Assembly (NCBI GenBank): GCA_036172245.1
Contig: JAYWIR010000026.1
Coordinates: forward strand, 2,666,001 to 2,730,000
DNA from: Raillietiella orientalis
Taxonomy: Eukaryota
DNA length: 64,000 bases
Direction: 5' to 3'
In this document: piece after piece, positions 36,651 to 49,453 of the stretch
Position numbering within the stretch: position 1 is the stretch's first letter
How the letters are laid out: each line of letters starts with the position of its first letter
Made by a program: the position numbers and the translations under genes
The notes under the pieces: generated by a model
What the model was told of the DNA's origin: nothing
Databases searched by the model: none
The model's input: only the letters and a program-made list of their open reading frames with translations

Positions 36651-38479
36651 AATTTTGCTTTATCCCCCTTCTTCTTCGTGCACGTGATGGGCTTCGCCGA
36701 CTCCCCCTCTTTTTCCCTGATGTAAGATTGGAATCGGTGAGCCTTTTGGCTCCATCGATTCCTGCAAGAGGAATAAACGCCTCGGCGCACCCGGATTTAA
36801 AATCACAGCGCCTGTTAAGAGTCACTCTCTGAGTCGCTCTCAGCTCCCTTCTTCCGCAGGGTCGTAGCGGCGGAAAGCTGCGATGGAGGCCAGACGAACA
36901 GGGACGCCTTTCCGATAGTAATCTCCTTTCTAAGGATGATCGTGAGATGGCCGCGTCTCTCTCTGCAAGAAGAGAAACTTGCCAATATCCTACGAATGAC
37001 TCAGAGGACGCCAGAGAGGCCTCTGCTTCCTTGCCTTGCCCTGCAACGCTTGGACCTTTTTTGGTTGAATATTTATTTTTTGTATTTATTTCCCTTTCAC
37101 CTCAATTTTCCCTGTTTTTACTCCTTCCAGAAAACTGCTTCTGAGCAGTGGCTTACTTCGGGAATCGCCGAAGTAACAGGATTGCCCTCCTGCTGCGGAT
37201 GAATGGCCTCTTCTTTCATCTCGACTGCTGCATATATTCGTTCACAAGAAACACCATGGTATAACCTGGTAAAAATGCACTCCAAAAAGAAACATCCAAG
37301 CAACAGATGCAAGAAGATTTCCTTTACCCACCTAGCACACTCTGGAGGCCACCCCTGCCCTGGTCCAGTAGCAGAGGCGTGAGTTGCAGAAGGTAGCCCG
37401 ATGCAGCCGTCGCAACGCCGAGTCCTGCCACTCCAGGGGAAGGAGGAAGCTGTTTAAGAACAATGCGGGGATCTCCATTTCATCCAAGGAAATTTGAAGG
37501 AGATCCCCCAGGAGATAGATGGGCACAGCGGGGTGAAAGAGTCAGCTAGCTGACGTCGTTCAGCAACCCAACCGTTTTCTTCGTCCCAAGATCTCAAAAG
37601 ACAACTGCCGCCAGCTTGCCAGCTCGTCACTGTCACTGCTGCCCCGAAGGGAGGACAGCGCTGCAGCAGATGGATTTCTTGAGACCACGGCGCCTTCCTG
37701 GGCACTCCACAATCTCCTGCGGAGATCATCGATCTTCGTTACCGTGAAATTGCTCAGACGCTGCGTTTGTTCCCGGCTCGCGCCCTTTGTCTTGGCTTAA
37801 TTCAGATCCGCCGTTGTGCATCTCTCCTCACACCATTCTGTTATTCCTCAGAGGCGGCGCCAATCTGCAAAGAGAATGGATTAACCTGACCTTCACCAAC
37901 TCGATGGGTTCAGCGTTCAACTAGAGCACCCCCAGAACCAAGAACGCTTCTTTGGATCGATCGTTCAACCGGTACGGGAATGTGCCGTTCGCCGCAAAAT
38001 AATAGCGCGGGTTTGACTTTGGAAAACTAGCAAACTAAATTTGAGATAATGAGGACAATTATCTTTCTCCTCATTGCTTCCTCGTGTTGAATTTTTGCAT
38101 ACAGGGGTGTAAGAATATTCCATACAACTGAAAAGAGCTACCAACGTGCATAGCAGAGCGCACGCACACCATCCACCCACCGTAACCGAGCGTAGCAGCC
38201 TCTCGTGACACCTGGCACCCCGGCAAACATCCAGCTGCTTTCGGGGAAGAAAAGGAAGGAGACGCCTCCCGTGAAGAAAAGCGCGCCGGGAAGCCTCCCA
38301 ATGTTTAACTCACGCAGCCGCGGAGTCCTTTAGCACGTAGCAAAAGTCACAGTCCAAGAGGATTACCGAAAACTCCGATGAGTTGGCGAGGGACGTTGTG
38401 ATTTGCAGCCTCCGATAATTGAAGAACGAGTGTTCATTTGATGAGTACAAAAAAAAAAAGAAATGTAATGTCGCTCGAG

Positions 38480-39210
38480 ATCAGTTCCGGAATCCCGTGA
38501 GGGCAAGTGCGAATCGGATGATCTTGCCCTTCTGCCAACTATTTCGCGGACCGTGCAAGTCAGGAAGGGCTCCTGTTTCGCCGCTGTCCACCTCCGAAGG
38601 AGGCGAGTAGCCTTGGCGAGTGACTGCTGCCGATGCGCAGGCAGCCCGTTCGTTAAATGCGAGGCCTCCACACGCCAAGGGTGAGGGCAGCCTCATCCTC
38701 CGAGTTGCATTCCTCGACGTCTGCTTCGATAGGAGTGTAGGACGGGAGAGCTCGTGGATGCTGTGATGCCAACTACTCCACCCCATGGACTTTTGCGCTG
38801 GGGCAAGCTGCTGGATGTTCCATTGGAACACCTGTAGTGGCCACCGGTGCTCATGGACGTCCTTGAAGTGGCAGGAGTCGGCGCTGCTGCTGCTGCACTG
38901 GGACCTCCCGTGCAACGCCCTCCAGCATTACTGGGCGCGGGAGGGAGGGTGAGACCCAAACTGTGCAAAGTACGAGGAGTGGGAATCCCTCCTGAATCTC
39001 CTAATGGACTGCGCTGTGCTCCGGCTCCTTTGGGGACGCTTTGCCGCGACCCTAGGAGCCTTCGGCAGCAATCCCAGGGACTCTCATCCGCGATGCACTT
39101 CGGCCGGCAGTCTCGCTTGCAGCTTTCTGCTGTCTACGCAAGATCTTTACAGCCTGGAGCTATGCTGAAAGAGGACATAGCGACAGGGATGCCATCCACT
39201 TCGCCGTCCG
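38480..39210 (-). mobile_element. Decayed LINE RT fragment
   Basis: Minus-strand degenerate motifs in order: RRSGWHPCRYVLF (QG.PLSP.LF-like), CIADE (YADD-like), LHSLGLTL (YLG-like), LPSPLACGGLAF (P..GGLG-like). Confidence 0.5.
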
Positions 39211-39211
39211 T

Positions 39212-39250
39212 TGCATAGGGATGGCAACGCGATGATGCCATCCCTATGCA
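39212..39250. repeat. Perfect 15-bp inverted repeat with 9-nt spacer
   Basis: tgcatagggatggca-acgcgatga-tgccatccctatgca. Confidence 0.95.
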
Positions 39251-39449
39251 GTTATTTCATTCATCTTTTATTTTTGTTGTTTTCTTGTTTGCTTTTTCCC
39301 CTCTGCTGCCGTGGCAGACCGTGCCGGCCTGCGAACCAGTGACCCGGCTGGCTCCCGTTAAATTGCGCGTGGTTGAACCACTGATCCAGCCACAGATTTT
39401 GTAAATGTTTATTTGTTTTTTATGAATAAACACCCCGGCGTACCTGGGT

Positions 39450-40180
39450 GTCCGCTTCGAAGAGGCGCATGCATGGAGGCTTCCGGACCGCCCGCTTGCT
39501 GGCGGTTCGCGCAAGCCGCCGCTCGCAGTCCCGCCATTTGCGGTTTGCGCGCGGCAGTCGGTCTCATCGCCGCTACCCCCGGCACTCCTTGTGTGCTACC
39601 AAGTACTCCTTGTGCGCAGGTGCTACCAGCACGCGAATGGTTCCCCTAAAAGTCGGGATTCGGGACTCTCGGCACAAGCGACGAGGAGAGCTCCTGGTTT
39701 CGCCAGGGACCAAAGACGCGGCGAGACTAGCGCGAACTGGCAAGTGGTTTGAGTCGTCCAGAATGCTCGCAGCAGAGTTCACAGCGACCGGAGAAAAAAG
39801 CGAGGGAGCACCGGGAAGAGGATAATGGTGTCCCGATACCCGTGGGCGCTGGAACCGTCCGCGAGTGCACGGTCGAGGGAGGTCGTCTGATGACCTCGTG
39901 GGAGGGAAATGGACAAGCATCATGGCGTTAGGAGATGGGACAAACGACCCTCGCTACCCACCAAGTCCCACAGCCTGCCGATTTGTGAGCCAACGTTTCA
40001 CTCGGGTGCGCCAGACATTCCTGTAGAGGAAAAAGAAACTCTCACTGCAGAAGAAGCTATGCCTTGCTCCCCTTAGAGCCAGGGAACGAAAGGACCTGCA
40101 GAGGGTCTCCTGATCAGCAGGGGGTAAGGGGAAAAAACAAGCGAAAGGAAAGTAAAACGGAAATACATAAAAAAGGGAAA
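39450..40180 (+). mobile_element. Possible decayed LINE ORF1 fragment
   Basis: RYPPSPTACRF knuckle-like stretch (~39955) followed by basic GVRGKNKRK; weak. Confidence 0.3.
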
Positions 40181-43100
40181 ACCCTTGGAGGATGTTGGGG
40201 AGGGGTCACATCGTGCAGGAAGCGCCCTTACCGTCCTTCCAAGGTCGCCGACAAGTTTACTGCTGCCTGGTGCCCAGGTGGGGCCAACTGGATGACCTTC
40301 GAAGGAAGCGGATGGCGGAGAGGACGGCGCCTTTGCCGCTCCGAACTCGTTCGACCACGCTCCAGGCAGAAAAAAGCTGCTGACGATGCGGTTGGGGGCG
40401 AAGGAGCTTCAAAGCGCCCCTGGGATTGCTGCATGGCGTCCGCGAGGTCGTCATAAAAGCGCTCCAACAGGGGTCAGAGGGAAACAGCATAATCCAGAAG
40501 CGGGAGCGAACGGGATTCACGTTCCTCGCGCCTGCTGCAGCTCGGGGACTCACCCAGCCCCACCCGACCCTCACAAGTCCGACTATGTCAACGGGAATCA
40601 CAGTAAAGATCCCGGAGTAGCAGCGGAAGCGCCTGCCACTGCCTCTGAGAAGGGAGGGTAGGACCACCCAAGAGCGCCAGGGGCAGCGCCAGATCTTGGA
40701 AAATCTCCAGCAGCTCGGTTCAATTGCCTCGATTCGACAGAGGGCGGAAGAACCGCTCACCTCCACAGAAGGCGCTCACAGAGATCTTCAGCGATATTCT
40801 GCTCCACCCCCGAGGATACATGTCACTCTTCGAGTTAGTCACCCGAAGAGACCATCCCAAGAATCCAAGAAGGGTTCTAGAGGAACGAGTAGGGAGCCCC
40901 GAAGGAAACCTCTTCTTCCATGTTCTCTACTGGGAAACCCCCCCGAGGGGGAACGCTCCTCGTTTCTCCTCCCAAGGAAACCCGAAAAGGGTCCAGTGCT
41001 GGAGTTTCCTTTCCGAAGAGAACCCGCCAGAAAACCTTGGAGGAACGCTTCCCGTTTTTTCTGAGGGGCGCTTACCGATGGGAGCAGCGGGTTTCTTGAC
41101 ATTCTGGAAAGGCAACTCTCGAGGGAATAGCTCCACTGGCAGAACCAGAGAAGAACAACGAAGGGATCAACGGTTCCTGGAAGGACCCCGAGGAGTCAAC
41201 TACCACCCAGTCAACGGAAGTTTACGTGTTCCACTAGTGGTGCAACTGGAGCCCTAAAGGCTAACCAGAGTCATGCTGCAGGTGTGGCTCGAGGCCCTAC
41301 CCCCGATGCCCACTACTTCCCCCCCTTTTCGGCGTTGATCCTACCCCTGGCAGGATTCGAACCAGCGGCACTTGGCACCGCAGCCATACAGCACAGACTA
41401 CGGGCAGCCTCAATGGTGAGAAACTTGGGGTAGCGGCGCTTGTGAGTTGACGCTTGGTCCAGCCACATGGAGGTATTGTGGAATCAGCTTCACAGGAGAC
41501 CTCCAATCTTGTAAATGGACGACTGCCAGGTGGGTCCCTCACAGGAAGAAAAAGCAACGCTGCGGAAAGAGAGGTCCTCCATGCCCAAGAAGCCACGCCG
41601 TTCACTCTGGTCATAAGGTGGACAGAGGTCAAAGGCAAGCAGTTGATCCAAAAGAAGCCGGCAGGGTCACGCGATTCACAGGCAGCAGGCGGAGAGGAAA
41701 AACGTGTCGCGCGCGCAACGGCTGCGTGATCCTCGTGTATTTCGGCTTCTTGCAGCCGATCCCGGTTCGCCGATGGCATGACGCGTAGGGCGGCCGGGTG
41801 GTCCGGCGTCGGGAGGGCGCGTTGCGCGAAAGGTGAGAGCCGCTTGAGAGACCATCCGGTTCGCCACCTGGGAGACGGAGCGCGAAGTCCACTTTCGTCC
41901 TTCCCGCGCGCATTCAGAGCGGCACATCCCGGCGGTCTGCGCGGAACGATGCCTGCGAACGTCCACGCAAGGCGCAGAAGTGGCGTAGCTGCTTACGTGC
42001 GCGAGTCTCTGGCCGGGGGCGTCGCGCGCTGCCGACGGAACGGAGACGCCGTCGCCTTCGGAACCCGAAAGCGTTCCTATCCAGCGTATCCTGACTAAGC
42101 GCAATGGATGCGTATGCGTGTGCTCTGGAGTGTCCGCTGGCGCTGTTCCGCCTTCCAGTCGACCAGGGGTTTCTCCGTGCCCACTGCTGTGTAACCCGGA
42201 AGCTCGGCAGGGCGATCTGTGGCTCGCACCTGAGTGAGGGGACTGCTGCGGCGAGGCACGTGACTGTCCCTGCGTACGGCATTGTGGTCACAAACCTTGG
42301 ATGTTGCACGGATCGGGTAGTGTTGAGTTGGAGGGAGAAAAGGAATAGGGTAAAGGAACGAACTGCACGACCTGCGCGTCCACGCACCCACTGCTAGGTG
42401 CTGGCGCTTGCAGACCAGCTGGACGATCTACGTTTGCCCCGCCAGGAGGTGAGCGAGCTGACGCTAGGCAGAACTTGAGACCCTCACACGTTCGGGGCCC
42501 ACTACTCTTTAGGAAGGCATCTGCCGCTCCAGACGCTCCCAGGAAAATCTACCAGGTACGCTTCGCTGAATTATGGGTCATCGATGTCCTTCACGGCCAA
42601 ATGCTCAGGGAGACCCCAGCTCCCTACGGCATCTCGCGAGAGATATCCGCCTAGCGTGGCGACATCTGATAGAAGATGTTCCGACGGACCCGCCACGTGA
42701 ATTCCATCTGCAACCAAGACGCTGACGTTAAGTGCACGTGGTGTTCCTTGGAGTGTGTCCGTGCTGTCTCGGTGCCGATGGGAGGAAAATCACGCCCATC
42801 CTCCCGCTGGATGATCATGGGGGCCCGCACACCTGTGAGAGACTCAGCGGCAACATCAGAGAAGCGCCCGCGTGCCTCAGTAATTCGAAGGGCACCTCCC
42901 TCTCATTCTCAGAAAGGAACCACCGGACAAATGGGATCACGTTTCTTCTTTAGCCTTCCCTTCCCAACAAACATGAGAAGCAGCGCACTACGGGGCCGTA
43001 CAGACCTTTCCCATCTCAAGGGCCTGAAAAGTGCTCAGGGGACTCCTGGGTGGGATGGTGTGCGGTTCCCTCCCAGAAGGACTACCGTGGGTGCAGCAGA

Positions 43101-45178
43101 CCAGAGTTTCCATGCTTGCGCCCATACGTCCACCCGATGCGATTGCTCAGAGCACTGGAAGTTAGTGCGAACTATTCATCTCTGGACCGGTTGATTGCAG
43201 GGGTTGCAGTTCCTTTGAAATCTTCCTGTTGCCTAGGTCGCAAGAAATGCTGCTACCACAGTTGGCGCCGGCGTGGACACTGGCGTCGCAGAGGAGCTGC
43301 ACTCGGTCAAGTTTTTGTTTGTTTCTCTTCTTGAAGGGTGACAGGGACGAGAAACCCCTCCGAAAGGACGGGTACGGAGAGCGGAACCCCTCACCGGGGA
43401 ACCGCCTCCGTTTTGAAGATGGAGCAGGAGCCCTCACGGGCACCTCTCCAGTTGTTCAAAAGTGGGGACCCCCCTGTTGCGGAGGTCCCTTTAAGTCGTC
43501 GCCTCTTCATAGAGTGCACAAGGAGGCAAGCGAGAGAGGTTCCCTGCAGGAAGCTGCAGCGTCCCTTTTGAGTTTCGGGAGCATCGCTTCGGGGTTCTCT
43601 TCAGAGGACTGAGCAGGAGCGGTTCCCTTGCGGGTTCCCTCCGGAGAAGAAATTCCTACAAGCGGATCCTTTCCGGGTTCCCTTCGGAGACAACCAGGGT
43701 GATAGGAGCGATCCCCCCCTCCGGAGGGATCCCTTCCCAAGCGTGAGAGGAACGGGATCGGAAACCTTCCTGGATTCATAGGGCGGCCCCCCATTCCGGG
43801 GTTTCCCCTATCCTGAAAAATTACACGACCCTCTGCAGGTTACCGCGAGCGGAGAGACGTGAAAAAAAAAGTGTGTTAATGTTTTAAAAGATACATGTGC
43901 TCCACGAGGCACGCGACCGGCTCTGAAGTACTTAGCGATCCAAAAAAAAGGGAACTCTTAAAAAGAAAAGCTGGAAGGAAAACAGTGAAGACAGAAGAAA
44001 AGAAAGAACCCAAGGATTTCCATCGTCCTAAAAAAAGAAGAACAATTCCGTGGAGTAGCGCGAGGTTGCGGTCACCTAGCATCAACGGCGAAGGTCGGAG
44101 GCTGGGAAGATGACCCCGCGGAAGATTGGTGCTCCCGGTGCTCTGTCGTCTCTCTATCCGATTTGCCTGAGGGACCGCTGTGACGTTGGGCAGTATCTCA
44201 TAAGCCGCATGCTCAGAGGGTGGCTGGGAAACGCCTCTCCGCAGACGCCCATTTTCGGGAGGAGCGGGTTGCTACCGTTCCTTCTTGGCGAGCGCCGCTA
44301 GAGCCGATCTTAGGGTCAGCAATCCGACAGGATGTGGAGGTTTCTGAAAGGTGGTCACTGTGTAGACCCGGACAAAGAGACTGCTCCGGAGAGTTGCATC
44401 GCGCGTTCAGGCAGGTCCTGGTTTCCCCCCTCAGGCATGAACGGAGGTTCCACGGCGACCTGGATGGGTGCGGCCTAGAAAGACGAACTAACTCGATCTG
44501 AATTGCACCTGAGAGAGAATTCCGAAGGGAGCTACTATCTTGTTCCTTCCAGAAGAACCACCGGGTTTGTCGAGTTCGCTCCAGATTTCTTCTTTGGAGG
44601 GAATTTCCAGAAAGGATCGCTCCTGGTTTCCTCTTCTGAGGAGAACCCAGAAGGGACGCTTGCTCATTTCCGTGAACGGCGCTCCCCGAAGGGGGCAGCG
44701 CGCTCCTTACACTCTGCAGAGATAACGGCTTCATGGATCGCGATGGAGAGTCCCCCTGCTTTCTCGAGGACAGATGCGGCTGCAATTGCACAAGCGGGGT
44801 GTCAACTTCCAATCACAGTAAGTCACGGCTCCTACCAATGCCAGTTTGGAGGCCGTGGGTCAACAGCGTCATCCTGCAGAGGTTGACTCGAAACTGCGAC
44901 ATACCCTACCCGACGTACCGGCGTCGATGCTTCTCCGAACGGTCTTTGAACCCGCGACTTGTGGTACGACCGACGCCACACAAGCGCGCAGGCGCAAGGA
45001 ACTTTCTCAACGCTTGCGCGCGAGCTAGGGACGAGCCGCGGGTGTTGCAGGTGCTGGAGGATCGAATTTCCCTGGTGCCGAGCGGTAGACCGCCGTGCTT
45101 TCCGTTAAACGTGAAGGTGGCCAAGTGCAGCTTCAACGATCCTGGACCCTAACATCCATCTGGCGAAGATCCGGTTCT

Positions 45179-47204
45179 CTAGGTCGGCATCTCGGCCTCG
45201 AGTGAGTTAGAAATCCTCCAGTAGCATCCTGCTGCCGACGGTGCCTCACAAAACTTATCGCATTTGAACTGCGGCTGGACGGCACACGCAGCTGTCAACA
45301 GGTTACACAAAATAAAAGGACCACAGATGTAGAAGTGCACCACGAGAGGCACCTTCGTCACGAACGAGTTCCTCGATGTACGCAGCTCGTTTTCGGACAG
45401 CATGTGCATGTCCAATCGGGGAGCAACAGCTCACTGAGTTCCAAAGGGATGAGGGCACGTGACGACTACTTCCAGTAGCTGGCAGAGATTCCCCCAGGGA
45501 AACGCGATCCAGGTGGTACCCCGTTCGTGTGCAGTAGGAAGGTTAAAAGTCTTTTGCGTGCTTTTCGTCAGTTCATCCGGTCCATAGATCTCTATGTCAT
45601 GGTCCATCCCTGCAGCAACCATTCTTGATCGCGGTACGAACAGCAAACAGAGACTGCATCCTCCATGAGAAGCATGCTCACGAAGGTAGGAGGACGTCGA
45701 GGAGCACATGTAGGATCGCAAGGAGGACCCGCTAATCGGATTTCTCACCCTTCACCCTCCGGTTACGCCGAGGCGTTTGTTCAGGAAACAACAAACCCAC
45801 ACGAAAGAAGTGGTAGATCAGGTGATCCCACCACGGTTGCTTTTACACGGGAAGGCTACCGTGGTGCCCTTGCGGGGAATTGGAAGAATTAAGAGAATTA
45901 AAAATGAAATGGAACAAAAAAATGAAAAAACACTGATGGGAACGGGATGGAACCACAGTCTGCCTGGAGGCTTCCACAGGATCTCTTCTAGGAGGGCAGC
46001 AAATACCAACTCCATCTTGCCGGATGGAGCAATCTGGATGCCGATCGCGGGAAGCGAACGGAGGACTGGCAAGCATTCCTTCCGTCTGGTTCCAGGATCT
46101 CACTGAAAGAATCGGTGCTGCTGTGCCATGATGTCGTCTCGAGCACCATGAGCATCCAAAAGATCGGACTGTAGCTGTAGTTCCGAACTTTCGACTCCTT
46201 GAGCCAAATTGCGGACCAAGTCATGGACCCGTCAGTGGCGTGCTCCCGCACTCCACTTGCTCCGCCCGGGAGCATAGAAATGCTTTCGCCGCAGCCGCTC
46301 TGCGGGCAGAGGATGGCTGATCTCGGATACTGCCTAAGACATCCTCTCCACAGCCCTGGAAGCCCATCCCTTGATCTCCCGCCTCCCACAAAACTGGGAT
46401 GACTGGAAACCGCACGCATTAGGGTCCTCGGTCCCCGTTCTCGGAGTGCTCACCATGGAGTGAAACTGCATGATGGCTATGCTAGAGCAAGGCCTGGGCG
46501 TTCATTCACTTTGGACGCTTATGGCCTCAGCTAATGTGATCCATCAACGTAGTGGAACGCAACGGTCCTGGAGACGCAATTCACGGTTGTGCATCCAGGA
46601 AACAGTTGTCACAGTAGAAGAGTACTGCAGCTGCAAAGCGTTTAGAAGTGTTTCACAAGGCAATTCAATTTGGATGTGTTCAAGTGAAGACTGAGAAAAT
46701 GGTGAAGACCTCGGCGTTAGTCCAATCGTTGTGCGAAGACGACGTCTCGCTGACGCCCTTTGAACGGTTAGAAGTCTCTTTTTTCTGAGTGGCCAACCCA
46801 GAAGAAACAGCCACATATATCTGGTCAAGGATCCAGACACATAGCAGTACCTTCCCGAAGGCGTGAAGAATTCGAATGGAAACATTCGAAGAATGTGCAC
46901 AGGAGGAGGAAGCCGTTACACAAGAACAGTGACTGAAAGTCAAGCAGTAGGTTGTAGAAGACGCCACTGGAAAATAGTAATTTAATGGCCGTCGAGAAGG
47001 CATTGCCGGCACGTAGCCAGTCGAGGAGAGCGACAGATGGCCCAAATGGCAGACGTCCCGGCAGATGCAGTTGGTGTGCGGAAGGCGTTCGACCACGTCA
47101 ACCAAGAATTCCATGGGAAGCTCCAGTAGGTTTTCTCACTTCCGAAGCATTTGCCATGACGTCGAACTTTGGCTTGTGCACGCGTTCAACGAGGTTGCCT
47201 CCAT
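45179..47204 (-). pseudogene. F-box-like gene copy 2 with a premature stop
   Basis: Homologous to 7264-9293; codon 23 is TGA (47138-47136) where copies 1 and 3 have TCA, just before the LLELP motif. Confidence 0.5.
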
Positions 47205-49453
47205 CTCTCGCCACGAGCGCGCCGCATCCGAGTGAAGCGAAATACTGCAAGGAAGGCCACGCTCTCCCACGGTCTTCAGCATTTTATGGAGATGCTAAAC
47301 TGTCAGATGGGACCATTTGCCAAACCCCCACTGCTCCACGTGAGCTTCGGTAGCATTCGTAAAGGACCCGCTACTCCTGGTGCTTGTGATGACCGTTGTG
47401 CCGTCACTCTGGACATTCCACAGTTGATGTCCCAGAAAGCAAAAGAGCTCGCATACGGAAGGAAATCCAAGCGCTGCCATCATAAATGCCCGTCAGCTCT
47501 ATGGCCAGCGCAGGTTTTTCAGTTGAAAGTGCCTGCGCGGCTTTCCTCCCATAATTTTGTTGTGGGTGCGAAAAAAGCAGTAGGAAGAGAAATCCTCAGT
47601 GTTTCTGCATCGAAGAACATTGCACCCCTCTGAATCGACGAGGTGAAGATGGGTCGTCACTCGTCAGGGAATATTGTTACGGACGCGTTACGTGGACGGT
47701 CGGCACCTTTGGCATTGATCAAGGTGTCCCGTAAGCAGTTGCGGTTTCCCTGCGCGCCTTGATTGCAATCCACAGGTGGTTGTCCAGAGAAATAAGAAGT
47801 TGATCAGGAAGCTGGCCAAGAAGCCCGCGAGCTCCGGGACCTCCAGTAGAATCTCTTTGTGGTCGCAAGGCAAAGAGTTATGATGGTGCTATGATGACCT
47901 AAAGAACAGGGGCTCGCCTTGGACACCCACTACGCGAGTAAGCGAGCGTCAAGATTCCGAGTAACGTGTTCTACACCGGAATGTATCTGGAAAAACCTGC
48001 AGCCGAAGAAAAGTTTGGTCCTCCGCTTTCCATAGAGTACAGCAAAGATACGCTACGGGATGATTTTTATTGGCGCCATCCTTCGGAGTCGTTCGGCTCA
48101 CGGATTCAAAAGGAGCTGGGCATCAGCGCTTGACACGGTGATCAGATTCGTGCTGCCCACTTTTCCGTGAGACTCCTTCGTTAGTGAAGAGACGCAACTT
48201 TGGGGATAGGAAAGAGAAGGGCGCGCCTCGTGTTTTATGCATCAGAGAATTGATGGTTAGCAAAGATATGCACGCTCTGTTACGAAGCATTCACGAAATT
48301 GCGATTGCGGTGCTTTACGTTTCCTTGGATTTCCCACAGGGAAGACTTTGTGGACGTCGCGGGGCTGCAATATGATTTTCCGATCAGGGGGACCCCAAGG
48401 ATGCTAACCAAAAACACAGCTTTGGGACTTGCAGAGCTTGCCGGACGCGCGTCGAACAGTTCATAATATTGCTGCCTACACGCGTCCACCGGAAACAGTC
48501 CAGAAAGGTCCAGAGAGCGCGCGCGCGCAGGATGTACGCCTCGCGCATGGATCTGCGGCTGCTCGAGAGGAAGAAACGCAAATCGCTCAACTGCTGCTCT
48601 TACCTCGCATCGCTAGTTGGCATGGCGCTTCATCAAATCAGCAGTATGCACGAAAGAGCGAAAAAGGAGGAGCAGTGAGCACCCACTTTTCCCCGGAAAC
48701 AGGCTTCTCCAGGAAACCAAAGTTGCGTCTCAAGGGGGGCTCGTAGACTTCTGGAAGCTCGCAGAGAATGGTAGGATGTCGAGGTAAGGTCTGAGGCACT
48801 GTAAGTGCGGATCACTTAAAGCCAGATCCAGTGGACTCAATGCAATGACGGTGGATCTTCCTTCTGGCTGCTGGGAACTTGGCCACCTTGAGGACGCTTG
48901 CCAATAGCACGTCGCAAAAGGAAGGCTTGTGAAGAGGATGACCCCGTAAGCCGTGGCTCTTGGTCGGAAACACCACGTCGCCGTCAATAGAAGAAACGCA
49001 GGCGGTTTCTTAGCAAAGAGAGGCCGGAACGGGAAAGGAACGCTTTCGGCGTGACGTTGGGAAACATCCAACTTCCTCGCAACGCATGCCTTGAAATGAC
49101 TTCAGCAGCCATTCCTAACAAAGAAGGTTATGCACCAGTCAGGAGAGTGAGGGTCGTCTGAGCCACACGAATGCCAACACGCAAGGCAGACAGGTGATCA
49201 CCAGCAGGAAGAGGGCACATACCGAAGAGGCGGGATATCTTTGATTGCTACGTCAGCCGAAGACCGCTACCATGGAAAAGCATCCACCAAGAGCACGGAT
49301 CGCGAAGGCGTGTCGCCTCATAACGGCCGTCCCACACGCTATCCACGAATCGAGAAAATTCATAAATCCCGGCAACGTTTTCAGCTCTGAAGAGAAAGCC
49401 AGTTGTACTCTGTGCATTCCAAGGAAGTTGGTGCTGTGTGGATGGGCAGCGAC

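Noticed and set aside
37965..38180. Signal-peptide-like ORF as first exon of the GPS gene
   Set aside because: No in-frame ATG before the hydrophobic stretch and no splice path I could verify.
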